Positions 22,601-33,989 of a stretch of 64,000 nucleotides of DNA are shown here, in pieces (position 1 is the stretch's first letter; each line of letters begins with the position of its first letter). A program made the translations under genes and the position numbers. The notes below the pieces were generated by a model that worked only from the letters and a program-made list of their open reading frames with translations, searched no databases and had not been told where the DNA came from. Location of the stretch: positions 34,131-98,130 of the forward strand of contig QPMI01000597.1 in assembly GCA_004431415.1 (NCBI GenBank), in the 5' to 3' direction. This DNA is from Cyanophora paradoxa CCMP329 (Eukaryota > Plantae > Glaucophyta).

Positions 22601-24438
22601 GCCGAGGAGAGCGAGGGCGAGGTGCGCGGCTGCAGGGGGCTGTCGGGAGAGCGGGCTCTGGGGCGGGCGGGGCGGGGCGGGGCGGGGAGTTGGGGGGGTG
22701 CCGGGCCCGGGCTCCCTCCATGCGCTCATGCGCCTCCCGCGGCCCGTCGACAGGATACGTCGGACGAGGCTTATGACAAACGGCACGAGCCGCTGTACTC
22801 TAAAGAGCGCCGTGGGCACCGCCTCACCTACAAAACCCCCGCGGTCCGTCCGTCTCTAGCGTGGGGCCGCCTGGGGCGGGGCGGGCGGCTGACGAGCGGG
22901 GGCCGGCAGGAGACGAGCGACGAGGCGTACATGGCGCGGCACCAGGGCTTCGAGCGGCAGGAGCGGGCGAGCTGGGAGGCGCGGACGGGCGGGGAGAAGA
23001 AGCGGCGGCGGCAGGCGCAGGCGACGCCGGAGCAGGCGGCGGCGGCGTCGCAGGCGTACCTGCGGAAGCTGCGGGACCTCGAGGCGCGGCTGCTCGCGGA
23101 GGCGGCGGTGGCGGCCCCCGAGGAGCCCGACGCCGCCCTCGACGCCCTCCCGGCCTCGGCGGGGTGGCGCCGCGCCCCGCCACCGCCGCCGCACCCACTC
23201 CTTCCCCGACGAGGCGCCCGCCCCGCGGCCGCCCCCGGCCGCCCCGCGGCCCCGCGGCGCCTCCGTCGGCTCCAAGGGCACCCCGGGCACCAAGAAGAAG
23301 CTCCAGGGCGCCGCCGCCGCCGCCGCCGCCGCCCGCCCCGCCCCAAGAGCCGCCCCGCCCAGCCGGCCGCCGCCCGCGCCGGACTCGACGTGCCGCACGG
23401 GGCGACGCCGGCGGGCCCCGCGGTGCAGCGGCCGCACCGGTCGACGGCGGGGTGCACCGCTCGCGGGACGCCGACTCGCCGCTGGCGCCGCGGGCGACGG
23501 CCACGGCGGGGGCCATCGCGGCGATGCGCGAGGCGCGCGCCCGCCGCGTCGCCATCGACAAGCGCAAGGCCAGCAGCCTCGCCGCCTTGCCGCCCCACCT
23601 CCAGCCCTACGAGCCGCCCCACCGGCCGCCCCCGCCGCCCCTCGAGAACTACGTCATCGTGCCTCCCCGGCCAGACGATCCCCCGTGCGCGCGCCGGCCC
23701 CGTCCGCCCTGCTTGGCGGCCGCCCTGAACGCGCACCGGCCGCAGGTTCCTCATCCGCCTCCGCAAGGTGCCGCGCCTGTATGGGGCCGGCGACGCCCCG
23801 GCGGCGACGACGGCGCTCTACGGGGCCCAGGCCTGGACGGCGTACGGGGCGTACGGGGCGGGCGAGGAGGGCGAGGAGGAGGAGAGCGAGGCGGACCTGG
23901 ACAGCGGCAGCGAGGGGGGCGGCGGGGAGGGGAGCCAGCTGCGGGCGGCCCCCGTGGTCCACGCCGCCGCCTCGGGCCCCGTCGCCGGCCGCCCCATCGC
24001 CGTGCGCATCTCGCTGCGGCCCCTCGCCGGCCCTGCGCCCCTCGCCGTGCAGGCCGCCCCGCCACCGCTCCGGCACCGGTCCCCTCGGCAGAGGGCGGTG
24101 CGGAGGGCGAGGGCGAGGGCGAGGCGGGCGGCGGGGGAGGGGGCTCCGGCACCCCCGCCGAGGTCGCCTCTGAGCCGGACCCTGGTCCCGCCCCGGCGCG
24201 CCCGGCACGCCCGACGAGGCGCCCGCCCCGCCCGAGTCCGAGCCCGACCCCGCGCCCGAGCCCGAGCCCGAGCCCGAGCCGCAGCCCCAGCCCGAGCGCG
24301 GCGCCCAGGCGGGTCTGGAGGGCCGCGCCCCAGCTGCGCCCCCCGAGCCCACCGCCGGCCCGGGAGAGGCCGCAGCACAGTGACCCCTTTCCCCCCCTAC
24401 CTGCATTAGTGGCAGCCCCGAGTTTCCTCTTTCAATAA
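19626..24438 (+). CDS. large Pro/Ala/Ser-rich protein with a PEHE domain (KANSL1/MSL1-like)
   Basis: DIYVPQWR...EESEGE|DTSDEAYDKRHE and ETSDEAYMARHQGFERQERASW fit the PEHE pattern (P.WR...E.SD..Y..RH...E..ER). Exon structure elsewhere is uncertain. Confidence 0.7.
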
Positions 24439-25234
24439 TTTCACTACGGTCTACGGCTTCCGAGTTGCAGCCTGCAGCTGCTGGCTGCAGCTGGCAGCAT
24501 GCCATGACCAGGCCGCCAGGCTTCATCCCCTCGAGGGTTGCAGTTGGCCCCCCGGGGCCCTGCGGCTTCATCCATCCGATGATCCCCTCCGAGGCTCGAG
24601 CTCAGGGCCCTGGGGCCTGCTCCCAGGCGGACTCCGAGGCTCCGAGGCTCCGGGAGAACTTGGAAGCCGCGGACTCAGTTAGCCCGACTCGGGTCGATCA
24701 TCGGATTGAAGCCTCGCGAATCGAATTCATTGATTGACGCTGACAATGCCAGCCTGACATGCATGGTCAGCTTAAGCGCTAACTCTTGAACTACTGTAGG
24801 CTAGTGTACGTAAGCCGTGGGTTCAACCGTCACGTGCACGGCGTATACGTAGGGTTCACTGATCATGAGTCAACTTGCAAGCTTCACTTCCGAAGTTCGG
24901 CAACTTGGCAATTCAAATGATTGCAAGACTCTAAGACTTCAAGACCGTCGGACCCGCAATAAATTCCGAATAGCTGCTGAGCACCGACCGTCGCCGAGTC
25001 GGTCCCATAGCCGGCCTACAAAGCTAGTAGCCTAGTAGCCTCTTAGCCAAAAATGTCAATCATCTCGTACTCGCTGATCATGAGTTCGATTTCGTGACTG
25101 ACCATGACATGACATTCGATCATTCGTCTAATACCTCACTTGCATGCGCAATTGCAGCTCGAACATTCCACACTGCAATTCAATTATTTTTTCCGGCCTC
25201 GGGAGCTTGAGACTCTGATCATGAAAGCTCGAGG

Positions 25235-26265
25235 CTAGGCAGAACTAGCGGGGGCGGCACGAGGGCTAGGGGCCCTCGCCTGCTGCGTGGGCTGCTGGGC
25301 CCGGCGGGCGGAGAGCGCCGGAGCGGGGTCCCTGGCGCGCGGGCTGCTCGCCGGGCCCCGCGGGCTCGCGCGGGTGCGGAGGCCGCGGACGGGGCCCCAG
25401 AGGCGGCGCCGGCGCTGGCTCGCCGTCATCAAGTCCAGCACCTCGTCTCCCTGCCCCGGCAGCTCCAGCGCCGGTGGACCCGCCCGCCGTACCGCCCGCA
25501 GCGGCCCCGCAGGCACCACGGGCCCCGTGGGCGGCGCGGAGGCGTCGGGGGCGGTGGGGCGAGGCGGCGCAGGGCGGCGCGCCGGTTGAGGATCTCCTCC
25601 ATGGAGACCTTCGGGAAGGGCGAGGCAACGCCCCTGGGGCGCCCCGCCCCGGGCGGGCCGGCGCCGGTGGCGCGCCCGCCTGGCCGCCGGCTGCGGGGGC
25701 GGGGCGAGCCGAGAGGGAGCCGGGGGCGGGGGAGGAGGGGGCGGGGGAGTGCCCGGGGCTCCGGTGGGGCCGGCTGTTAGGGGCGGAGGAGGGGGCGGGG
25801 GCGGCGGCGTACCAGGGGCGCCAGTAGGCCCGGCTCTCGGGGGAGGGGGAGGAGAGGGCGGGTGCCCGAGGGTGCCGGGGCTGCCGGAAGAGCCGGCTGC
25901 GGGGGGCGGCGGGGGAGGCGTGGCCCGGGGGAGATGGGCGAGGGCGGGAGGTACGGCGCGCGAATCCAGAGGCGCTGGCGTCGGCACCGCTCTCGGCAGG
26001 CAAGGTCCATTTGATGGGCTATCGCACATACACGTGCACGTGCACGACGTATCTCCAGCCCGCGCAGACTCCAGAACCTCGACACGCTGCGAGCAAAGCG
26101 TTTCAGGCTCAGGCTCAACGGCGACTTAACAAAGCGCCGTAGGAGATCGACGTATGTGCAGCGATGGGTGGACGCGCGAACCTTGAGAAGCCGACTCAAG
26201 CTCAACCGCAGCCGCCGCACGTCCTCGAGCTCTACGTCAAACCTCCAGCGCCGCGCCGCCACCAT
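25235..26265 (-). CDS. proline-rich hypothetical protein with a possible WH2-like motif
   Basis: Exon-like segments, duplicated polyproline units and SMEEILNRRAALRR; flanked by lower-GC intergenic DNA. Confidence 0.45.
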
Positions 26266-26742
26266 AGGTAGTCGCTGCTCCGAGCTGGCCGCCGCCTATC
26301 TAGCTATAGCGAGGTCCGTCGCGAATTCTAGTGAAGTCGGTGCGCAAGCGCTGCCTCGGCATCTCGCGCCCATCCTTTTCATCGTCCCGCGCGCCCGAGC
26401 TGGATCGGCGTTTTTGACAAGCGAGAAGATTGCTGTACTCCCCCGAATCTCCCCCCCACAAAGCTCGGGCCTCGTAGGCTCTCCTAGCTTCGAGCTCGCA
26501 GTTTCGACCTAAAGGGTACCTGACATAAGCTGTGCAGAAGCAGCCGAAGCAGCAAGCTTAAGGCCAGGCCGCGAACCAGCCCCGCGGCCGAACCTGCCAG
26601 GCTGCCGGACAGCTCTCGGCCCAGCCTCCAACCACCTGAAATACGCTGAAAAAGCATAATACAGTTCTAGGAAAGCGATCGAAGGGCGCCGACCCTCCCG
26701 CCGGCTTGATAGCTAAATTCCCGAGGCCCGAGCGCCGAGCGG

Positions 26743-28222
26743 ATGGAGCGGGAGCGCGAGCGGGTGCTGCTCGTCGTGGAGGGGACCGGCAACCCGGGGA
26801 CCTACCCGACGATCGCGGCGGCGTGGGGCGCGGCGAAGAGCATCGGCGCCGTCAGCGACCTCGAGGTTTACATCGTCGTGAGGGAGAACGCGGCGCGGCC
26901 GCCGGCCTCCCCGGCGGCACGTCTACCCTCCTCGCCGGCCCGCTCGCTGGCGATGAGCCCGAAGCGGCCGCCGGGGAGCCCCTTGCTGCACTCGCCGGCG
27001 CCCTCGAGCCCCGGGGCGGGGAGCCCGAAGAGGGGCGGGGCCAAGGGCGGGGCGGGGGCGGCGTGGGAGGGCCCGACCTACCTGGACCTGGGGGAGGGGG
27101 CGCGGCTCACCGTGGTAGGGGCGGGGCCCGGGGTGACGCTGCGGGCGGGCGGGGGGACGGGGACGGCTCTCTCGTGCGCCGGCCGCTCCTCCACCGTCCT
27201 CTTCCGCAATCTCCGCGTGGAGGGCAAGGCCCGCCCCGCCCCGCCCCGCCCCTCCTTGCCTCTCTGCCTGCAGCTGAGCCCGCAGCGGGGGGCAGGTGTA
27301 CCTCGACGGGCGGCAGTGCGAGTGGCGCTTCGAGGAGGTGACGATCGACGGGCGGCAGGCCTCGGGCCCCGGCGCCGCCCTCGCCGCGGCGGGGCCGGGG
27401 CGGGACGGCTCGCTGCTGCGGGTGACGGGGTGCCGGCTGCTGGGGCGGGCGCGGGGGGCGGGGACCGGCCTCGCGGGGCTCGCCTTCGCGGCGCGGGGCG
27501 GCATGCTCCTCTGCTCCGAGAGCGCCCTCGACGGCTTCGACACGGGCCTCGACGTCGCCGGGCCCTGCACCCTCGAGGCCCGCCCCCGCCCCGCCCCGCC
27601 GCTCTTCCCCGGTCCCCGTGCGACGCGGGGCGGGGGCGGGGCAGGTGACGGGGACGAAGGTGGCGCGGTGCGCGGGCCGGCGATGCGGCTGCGGGCGCCC
27701 GTGACGGGGCGCGTGGAGGCGTGCGACCTCCTCGGCAACCCCGGCGGAGGTGCGCGCCCCCGCCCCTCGCGCGCCGGCGCCCGGCCTCGCCTGAGGCCCG
27801 ACGCCGGCCGGGCGCGCAGGCGTGCGCTTCGTGGACGCTGCGGGGCTCGCCTGCGCGCCCTTCCTCGAGGTCCTCGCCTCCCCGGTCCGCCCGCGCCCTC
27901 CCGCCCCCTCACCCTCGCCCCCCGCCGAGGCCACGCACCCCGCCCCCAGACGTGCCCCAGCGTGCCGCCCTCGGAGGAAGTGGCCCCTGGCGAGGGCCCC
28001 GGCCTGCACCTGCAGGGGGCCCCCCTCGCCCGTCCCCCCGGGGACGCGCCGCACTCGCCGCGGCCGTACGAGGAGGTGGCCGTCCCCCTGCTCGCCGCCC
28101 CGCCCCACCGCCTCGCCGCCGCCGCCGCCGCCTCCGCCGGCCTTCCAGAGGGCCGCAGCGAGGCGGCGGCTATCGCCGAGCAGTGCGCCGCCCTCGCAAG
28201 CTCCCTCGGCCGCCGCGCGTAG
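26743..28222 (+). CDS. probable right-handed beta-helix (pectin-lyase-like fold) protein
   Basis: GTYPTIAAA N-cap, LTVVGAGPGVTLR, VLFRNLRVEG and repeated short beta segments (LRVTGCRL, GRVEACDL). Confidence 0.6.
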
Positions 28223-28866
28223 TCGACTTCAGTTTCCAGCTGCAGTAGAGTTTAGGCCCGAGCGCGAGTTCGGTTAGCTCATGATCATCGCAGCTAGCGC
28301 TCGCGCTAGAGCTCGAGCTGTGTGTACGTTCCGCGGCCGCGGCCGTACTGCGCATGCATGCGCAGCTGTCGCATAGGCTGGCTTTGCACGAAATTCAAAA
28401 TATTAATGGCTGATGTTGCCTAGGCATAGTGTTGATGCGATATAGCGCACGTGGGCATGCATGCTCGCGCGCATGCGCATCAGCAAAAACGCATGCGCGC
28501 GCGAAATTGATCGTGGAGCTCGAGAGTGGGGGAAAGAATCCGAGACGGGTATCGGTTCTTTCCGGCTTGTCTTCTGCGGGCGGTTCCCGGCGACCTTTCT
28601 GCGATCTCCGAACGCGAGATCACCGATTAGTGGGCCGCAGCTATCGTCCGGACCGAAGCCGCCCTGCGGGCCTCAGCGCCGATCACCGACACCCCTGGAC
28701 AAGCCAGCGAGGAGAAGCGTGGCGAGGAAAGCTTGAATACGCCGCGAGTGCCGCTCATTGCAGCGCGCACGCTCCACTCTGCGAGCCGGGCCGAGATCGC
28801 GACCACACCCAGCGCTTGAGCGCCTCTGGGAGCGAGCGAGCAGGCGACTCCGCGTGTCGCAGCGAT

Positions 28867-31800
28867 ATGGTGCGCTTAGCTCGTGTTAACGATGTGCGAT
28901 CGGTGCCCTCCTCACTCTGCATTGCGGGAGCGCAGGCGAGCTCCAAGAGCGCGGAGGCCGGGGGCAAGCCAGCGCCAGACGCAGCGGTCCCGAAGAAGGA
29001 GCGGCAGTGGCGTGGGCGGCGCCAGAAGGGTTTTATCCCGAACGCCAAGCCCGCATCGGGCGCCGACGAGAATGCAAAGCCGCAGCCGCCGGCGCCAGCC
29101 AAGGCCGCTGAGATCAAGGCTGCATCGGCACCAGCGAGCAGCGGCGCCGGCGCGGGCAGCAAGAAAGGCGGCGCGAAGAATGCGGAGCAGCCCAAGCAGG
29201 CCAAGCAGGGTCAGCCTAAGCAGCCGAAGCAGCAAGGCCAGGCCAAGCAGGAGCCACAACAGCAGGCTCAAAAGCAGGGCAGCGCGGGCCCCAAGGGGCC
29301 CAAGGAAGGCGCCAAGGGAGGCAAGGGCAGCAAGGCGGGCAAGCAAGGCAAGGGTGGCAAAGAGGCGCGCACCGCGCCCAGCGCCGCAGCGCAGCGCGCG
29401 CCTGACGGCGCCGGCGCAGAACGGGAAGCAGGGCGACGCGGGCAAGGGAGAGGGGGGCCACGCGGCCAACGCCGTCAAGGTCCGTGAGCCGCGCGCGGGG
29501 CGCCGCCGCGCGGGGCTCGACGCGCGGCGCAGGGCCCCGGCGGGGCGGGCAAGGCGCACGTTCGGTTCGAGGGCGCGGAGCCGGCGGGGGCGGGGGCGGC
29601 GGGGGCGGCGGGGCCGGGGAAGGAGGGGCCGAGGAAGGGGGGCTGGGCGGGGCTGGACAAGGAGGCGGAGCTGCTGCCGTGGTGGGAGCGGCTGCCGGAG
29701 GTGCCCCCCGCGAAGGGCGCGATCCGCCCCGAGGACGTGGCGGGCCTGCGGGGGAAGGCGGAGCGGGCGTACGAGCGCGAGGTCGAGCGGCACGACGCGC
29801 GCCTCGGCAAGGACGGCGCCCGCGAGGAGACCTGGCTCCGCACCGTCACCAAGGAGGGCACCCTCTCCGACAGGGCCCGCCCCCCCGCCCCGCCCCCGCC
29901 TGACGCAACGGGCGCGCCTGACGGGGGAGCGCGCAGGTGGCGGCGCTGACGATGACGGTGCAGAGCAGCTGCGTGCACCGGCTGGGGGCGCTGCGGCAGC
30001 TGCTGGCGGCGGCGGGGAAGAAGGGCCACCGGGAGGCCCAGACGGCCGTGAACGCGCTGAAGGAGCTGTTCCTCGAGAGCGTCCTCCCGGACCGCAAGCT
30101 GCGGTGGCTGGACCAGCAGCCGGGGCTCGGCTCGCCGCACGCGACCGAGGCGCACCTGGCGTACTGGCATTTCGAGGACCGGCTGAAGGCGGCGTACGCC
30201 GAGTTCGTGGCGGTGCTCGAGGAGGGGAGCCACAACGCCCTCAAGTTCTTCAAGGAGCTCGCCATCCGCTCCATGTGGGAGCTCCTCGCGGGGAAGCCCG
30301 AGCAGGAGAAGGTGCTCCTCGCGGCGGTGGTGAACAAGCTGGGGGACCCGGAGCGGGCGGTGGCGGCCAAGGTGGCGTACCTGCTGGGGCAGCTGGTGCA
30401 GAAGCACCCCGCCATGAAGCGCGTCGTCGTCGGCGAGGTCGAGCACCTCCTCCTCCGCCCCAACGTCTCCCCCCGCGCCCGGTGCCCCCCGCCCCCCCTC
30501 CTCCCCCTCGCGCCCCGTGCGAGGCGCGGCGGGGCGGCGGGGGCAGGTTCTACGCGGTGACGTTCCTGAGCCAGCTGCTGCTGCTGCGCTCCGAGGGGGA
30601 CCTCGCCGCGAAGCTCGTCGACATCTACCTCGCCCTCTTCGCCGCCCTCGCCGCCCACGCCGGCGACAAGAAGCCCGGCGGCAAGAAGCCGGCCCTCGGC
30701 AAGCGCGACCGCAAGCGCGCGCTGCGGGAGGAGGCGCCGGCGAGCGCCAAGAGGCGGGCGGAGGCGGAGGCGGCGGCGCGGGCGGCCAAAGGCGGCCTCG
30801 CCGTCGAGGGGCGCATCCTGCAGGCCATCCTCGCCGGCGTCAACCGCGCCTTCCCCTTCGCCGCCGCCTCGATCGCCCCGGAGGTCTACGAGCGCCACGT
30901 CGCCGCCCTCTTCCGCATGGTCCACGCCGCTCACTTCAACGCCGCCGTCCAGGCCCGCCCCGCCCTCGCCCCCGCCTTCGCGCCCGACGCCCCGCTGACC
31001 CGGCGCGCGGCGCGGCACGCACGGGCAGGCGCTGACGCTGCTGTACCAAATCATGTCGACGCGGGGCGGGGCGACGGAGCGCTTCTACCGGGCGCTGTAC
31101 GAGGCGCTGCTGGCGCCGGAGCTGCGGCTCTCCTCGAAGCAGACGATGCTCCTGAACCTCGTCTTCCGGGCGCTCAAGCACGACCCCTCGGAGGCCCGCG
31201 CCGCCGCCTTCCTCAAGCGCCTCCTCCAGGTCGCGTGCTACGCCCCGCCGGCGCTCGCCTGCGGCCTCCTCGTGCTCGCCTCGGAGGCCCTCCGCCAGCA
31301 CCCCGCCCTCTGGCGCACCCTCCTCGACCCCGAGGCCGCCCTCGCCGCCGGCGCCGTCGCCGCCGCCGCCGCCGCCCTCAAGGCCCAGTCCGCCCGCGAG
31401 GAGCGCGCCAAGGCCGACGCCGCCGCCGCCAAGCGCAGCTGGAAGCACCGCGGCAAGCGCGCCGGCTCCGGCGACGCCGACGCGGCGGACAAGGCGGACG
31501 CTGCAGACAAGGACGAGGCGGTGCGCGCCGCCGCGAGCCGCGCGCGCACGCGCCGGGGGCTGCGGCCGACGGGGCGGGGCGGGGCCGCAGAGCGAGGCGG
31601 AGTCGCAGGGCTCCGGGGCCGGGGCCGGGGCGGCGGCGAAGGGGGCGGGGGCGGGGACGCTGCTCTCGGCGGGGGCTACGACCCGCGCAAGCGGGAGCCG
31701 CTGCACGCCAAGGCCGAGACGGCCTGCGCCTGGGAGCTCGTGCGCGCGCCCCGCCCCGCCCCGCCCCGCGCCGCCCCGCTCGCCGCGCCGCTGAGGGGCG

Positions 31801-33538
31801 GGGCAGGGGGAGCTAGCGCGGCACTACCACCCCTCGGTCGCCCGCTTCGCGCAGACGCTCCTCGCCGGCGAGCACGTCGGCTACCAGGCCCGCCCCCACG
31901 CCGCTGCCCGCAGGCGCTCTGCTCTCCCCGCTGAGGCGGGGCGCAGGGGGACCCGCTGAAGGACTTCGCCCTCTCCGCCTTCCTCGACCGCTTCGTGTAC
32001 AAGAACCCGAAGAAGTCGAGGACGGAGGAGGGCGCCCCCGCCCGCCAGCCCCTCAAGGTCCCCCGCCCCCGGCCCGCCCCCTCGCCGCCTCGCCGGGGCC
32101 GAGCGCGGGCGGGGCCAGAACGCGGGGTCGGTGACGCGGGCGGCGTACGTGGCGCGGGGGCTGGGGGAGGCGCCCGTGAACACGGCGGCGTTCCTGGAGC
32201 GGGGGGAGGGCGGGGTGGCGGAGGACGAGGTCTTCTTCCACAAGTTCTTCGCCGAGCGCCGCCGCCTCGAGGAGCTCCGCGCCCGCGGCAAGGCCCGCCG
32301 CAAGAAGAAGGGCGAGGGCGAGGGCGCCGAGGGCGACGAGGACGACGGCCTCGACGGGGTGCGACCCCGCGCGCCCCCCGGCCCCCCGCCGGCCCCGCCC
32401 GGGGCGGCGGCCGGCCGACGGGGCGGCCCCGCAGGTGGTGGACGCCGCGGTCGGCGAGGAGGACGACGACGACAGCGCCGTGCACCCCGCCCCGCCCCGC
32501 CGCCGCGCGGCCCTGGCCGATGCGCGCGCGCATGCACGGGGGCAGGACCTGGGCAGCCTGAGCAGCGACGACGACGACGGGGGCCTCGACTCGGGCTCGG
32601 ACTCGGGCTCGGAGGAGGAGGAGGAGGGCGGGGGCGGCGGCAGCGACGAGGACGAGGTGTGGTTCGAGGGGGAGGAGGACCAGGAGGTGGACGCCGCGCA
32701 GGCGCAGGCCCTCCTGAAGAAGCTCGCCGCCAAGGCCGGCGGCAAGAAGAAGAAGGGGGGCCGGGGCGGGGCGAGCGACGAGGAGGAGGCGTCGGAGATG
32801 GAGATGGGGGAGGAGGAGGCGGCGGCTTCGGAGGCCTCGGGGGACCTCGAGGTGGAGGGGGACGAGGCGATGGACGCCGCAGTCCGCGGCGACCTCCGCG
32901 GCAAGGCCCGCACCCCCTCCCCTCCCGCCCCGCCTCCCCCTTCCCCCTTGCTCTCTGAGGCGCCGCGCCGCAGATCGCCGAGCTCTTCGGCGGCGCCGTC
33001 GAGGAGGACGGCGAGGGCGAGGACGAGGAGGAGGCGGAGGAGGAGGAGGAGGAGGAGGGGCGGAAGGGGCGGGGCGGGAAGCGGCGGCGGCGGGAGGCGG
33101 GCGGGGAGGGGGCGACCTTCGCGAGCGCCGACGACTTTGCGGAGCTGCTCGAGCGCTCGGGCACCGACGAGCGCGGCGGCGCCTTCCACCCCAAGCAGGC
33201 CCGACGCCGCCCCCGCCCCGCCCCGCCCTCCCCTTCCGACTCGCCCCCGCCGCCCCGCAGATCGAGCACGAGCGGCGCGCCGAGCGGCGGGGCGGTGGCG
33301 GCCGGGGGCGGGGATGGCGCGGAGCTCCTCGCGGCGGCGGCGGCGGCAGCAGCAGCGAGGGCCGAGGAGGCGGCAACAGGGGCCGCGGCTTCGGCACCCG
33401 CGGCCGCGGCGGGGGCGGCCGCGGCGGGGGCGGGCGGGCGGGGGCGGCCGCGGCGGAGGCGGCCGGGGCAAGCGGCCCGGCTCGGGACGAGGGCGCGGAG
33501 GGCGAGGAGGCGGTGGCAAACGGGCCCGGACGTCCTAG
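28867..33538 (+). CDS. CEBPZ: CCAAT/enhancer-binding protein zeta / Mak21/Noc1 ribosome biogenesis factor
   Basis: GTLSDR|VAALT, YWHFEDRLK, KPEQEKVLLAAVVNKLGDP, KHPAMKRVV, ILAGVNRAFPF, RFYRALY, YDPRKREP, HYHPSV and FLDRFVYKNPKK; 14 introns placed. Confidence 0.96.
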
Positions 33539-33989
33539 TGTTTGGCGTATGCATTTTGACGCGACACGCGATGTCAGCTGCAGCTGGCTATGGCTAGCTT
33601 TCAACTGCTACAGAAGATCGCGTGTGCCCACGTATGCATCTCCGAGTCTTAGAGTGCGCGCGGCGCGTTCGCGTCGGGGAGTCGCCGGGGACGTCGACGC
33701 GTACGCCGGGCCGGGAGTCGGGAGTCGGGAGTCGATCAAGCTCTAGATCTAGATCTCGATCGCGAGAGTGCGCACCGCTTCGTACCGCGGCCGGCGGACC
33801 GCCGGCGGACCGGCGGCGGTACCGCTTCGGCCAGAGATGGGACGCCGCCAGCTGGCAGGGTACCGTATTATACGTACCGACGTTGCGAAATCGATTCATA
33901 TGCGCGTGATGTCACCTTCCGACCTTTGAGGGGTACACCTCGACCAGGTGCTTTGTGCGACCACCGGAACTTAGCCGCACGGCCCGCAC

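Noticed and set aside
33425-33445. Programmed frameshift or pseudogenisation (also near 54360 and other G/C runs)
   Set aside because: The shifts fall in G/C homopolymer-rich runs of otherwise intact genes, so sequencing or consensus indels are more likely.
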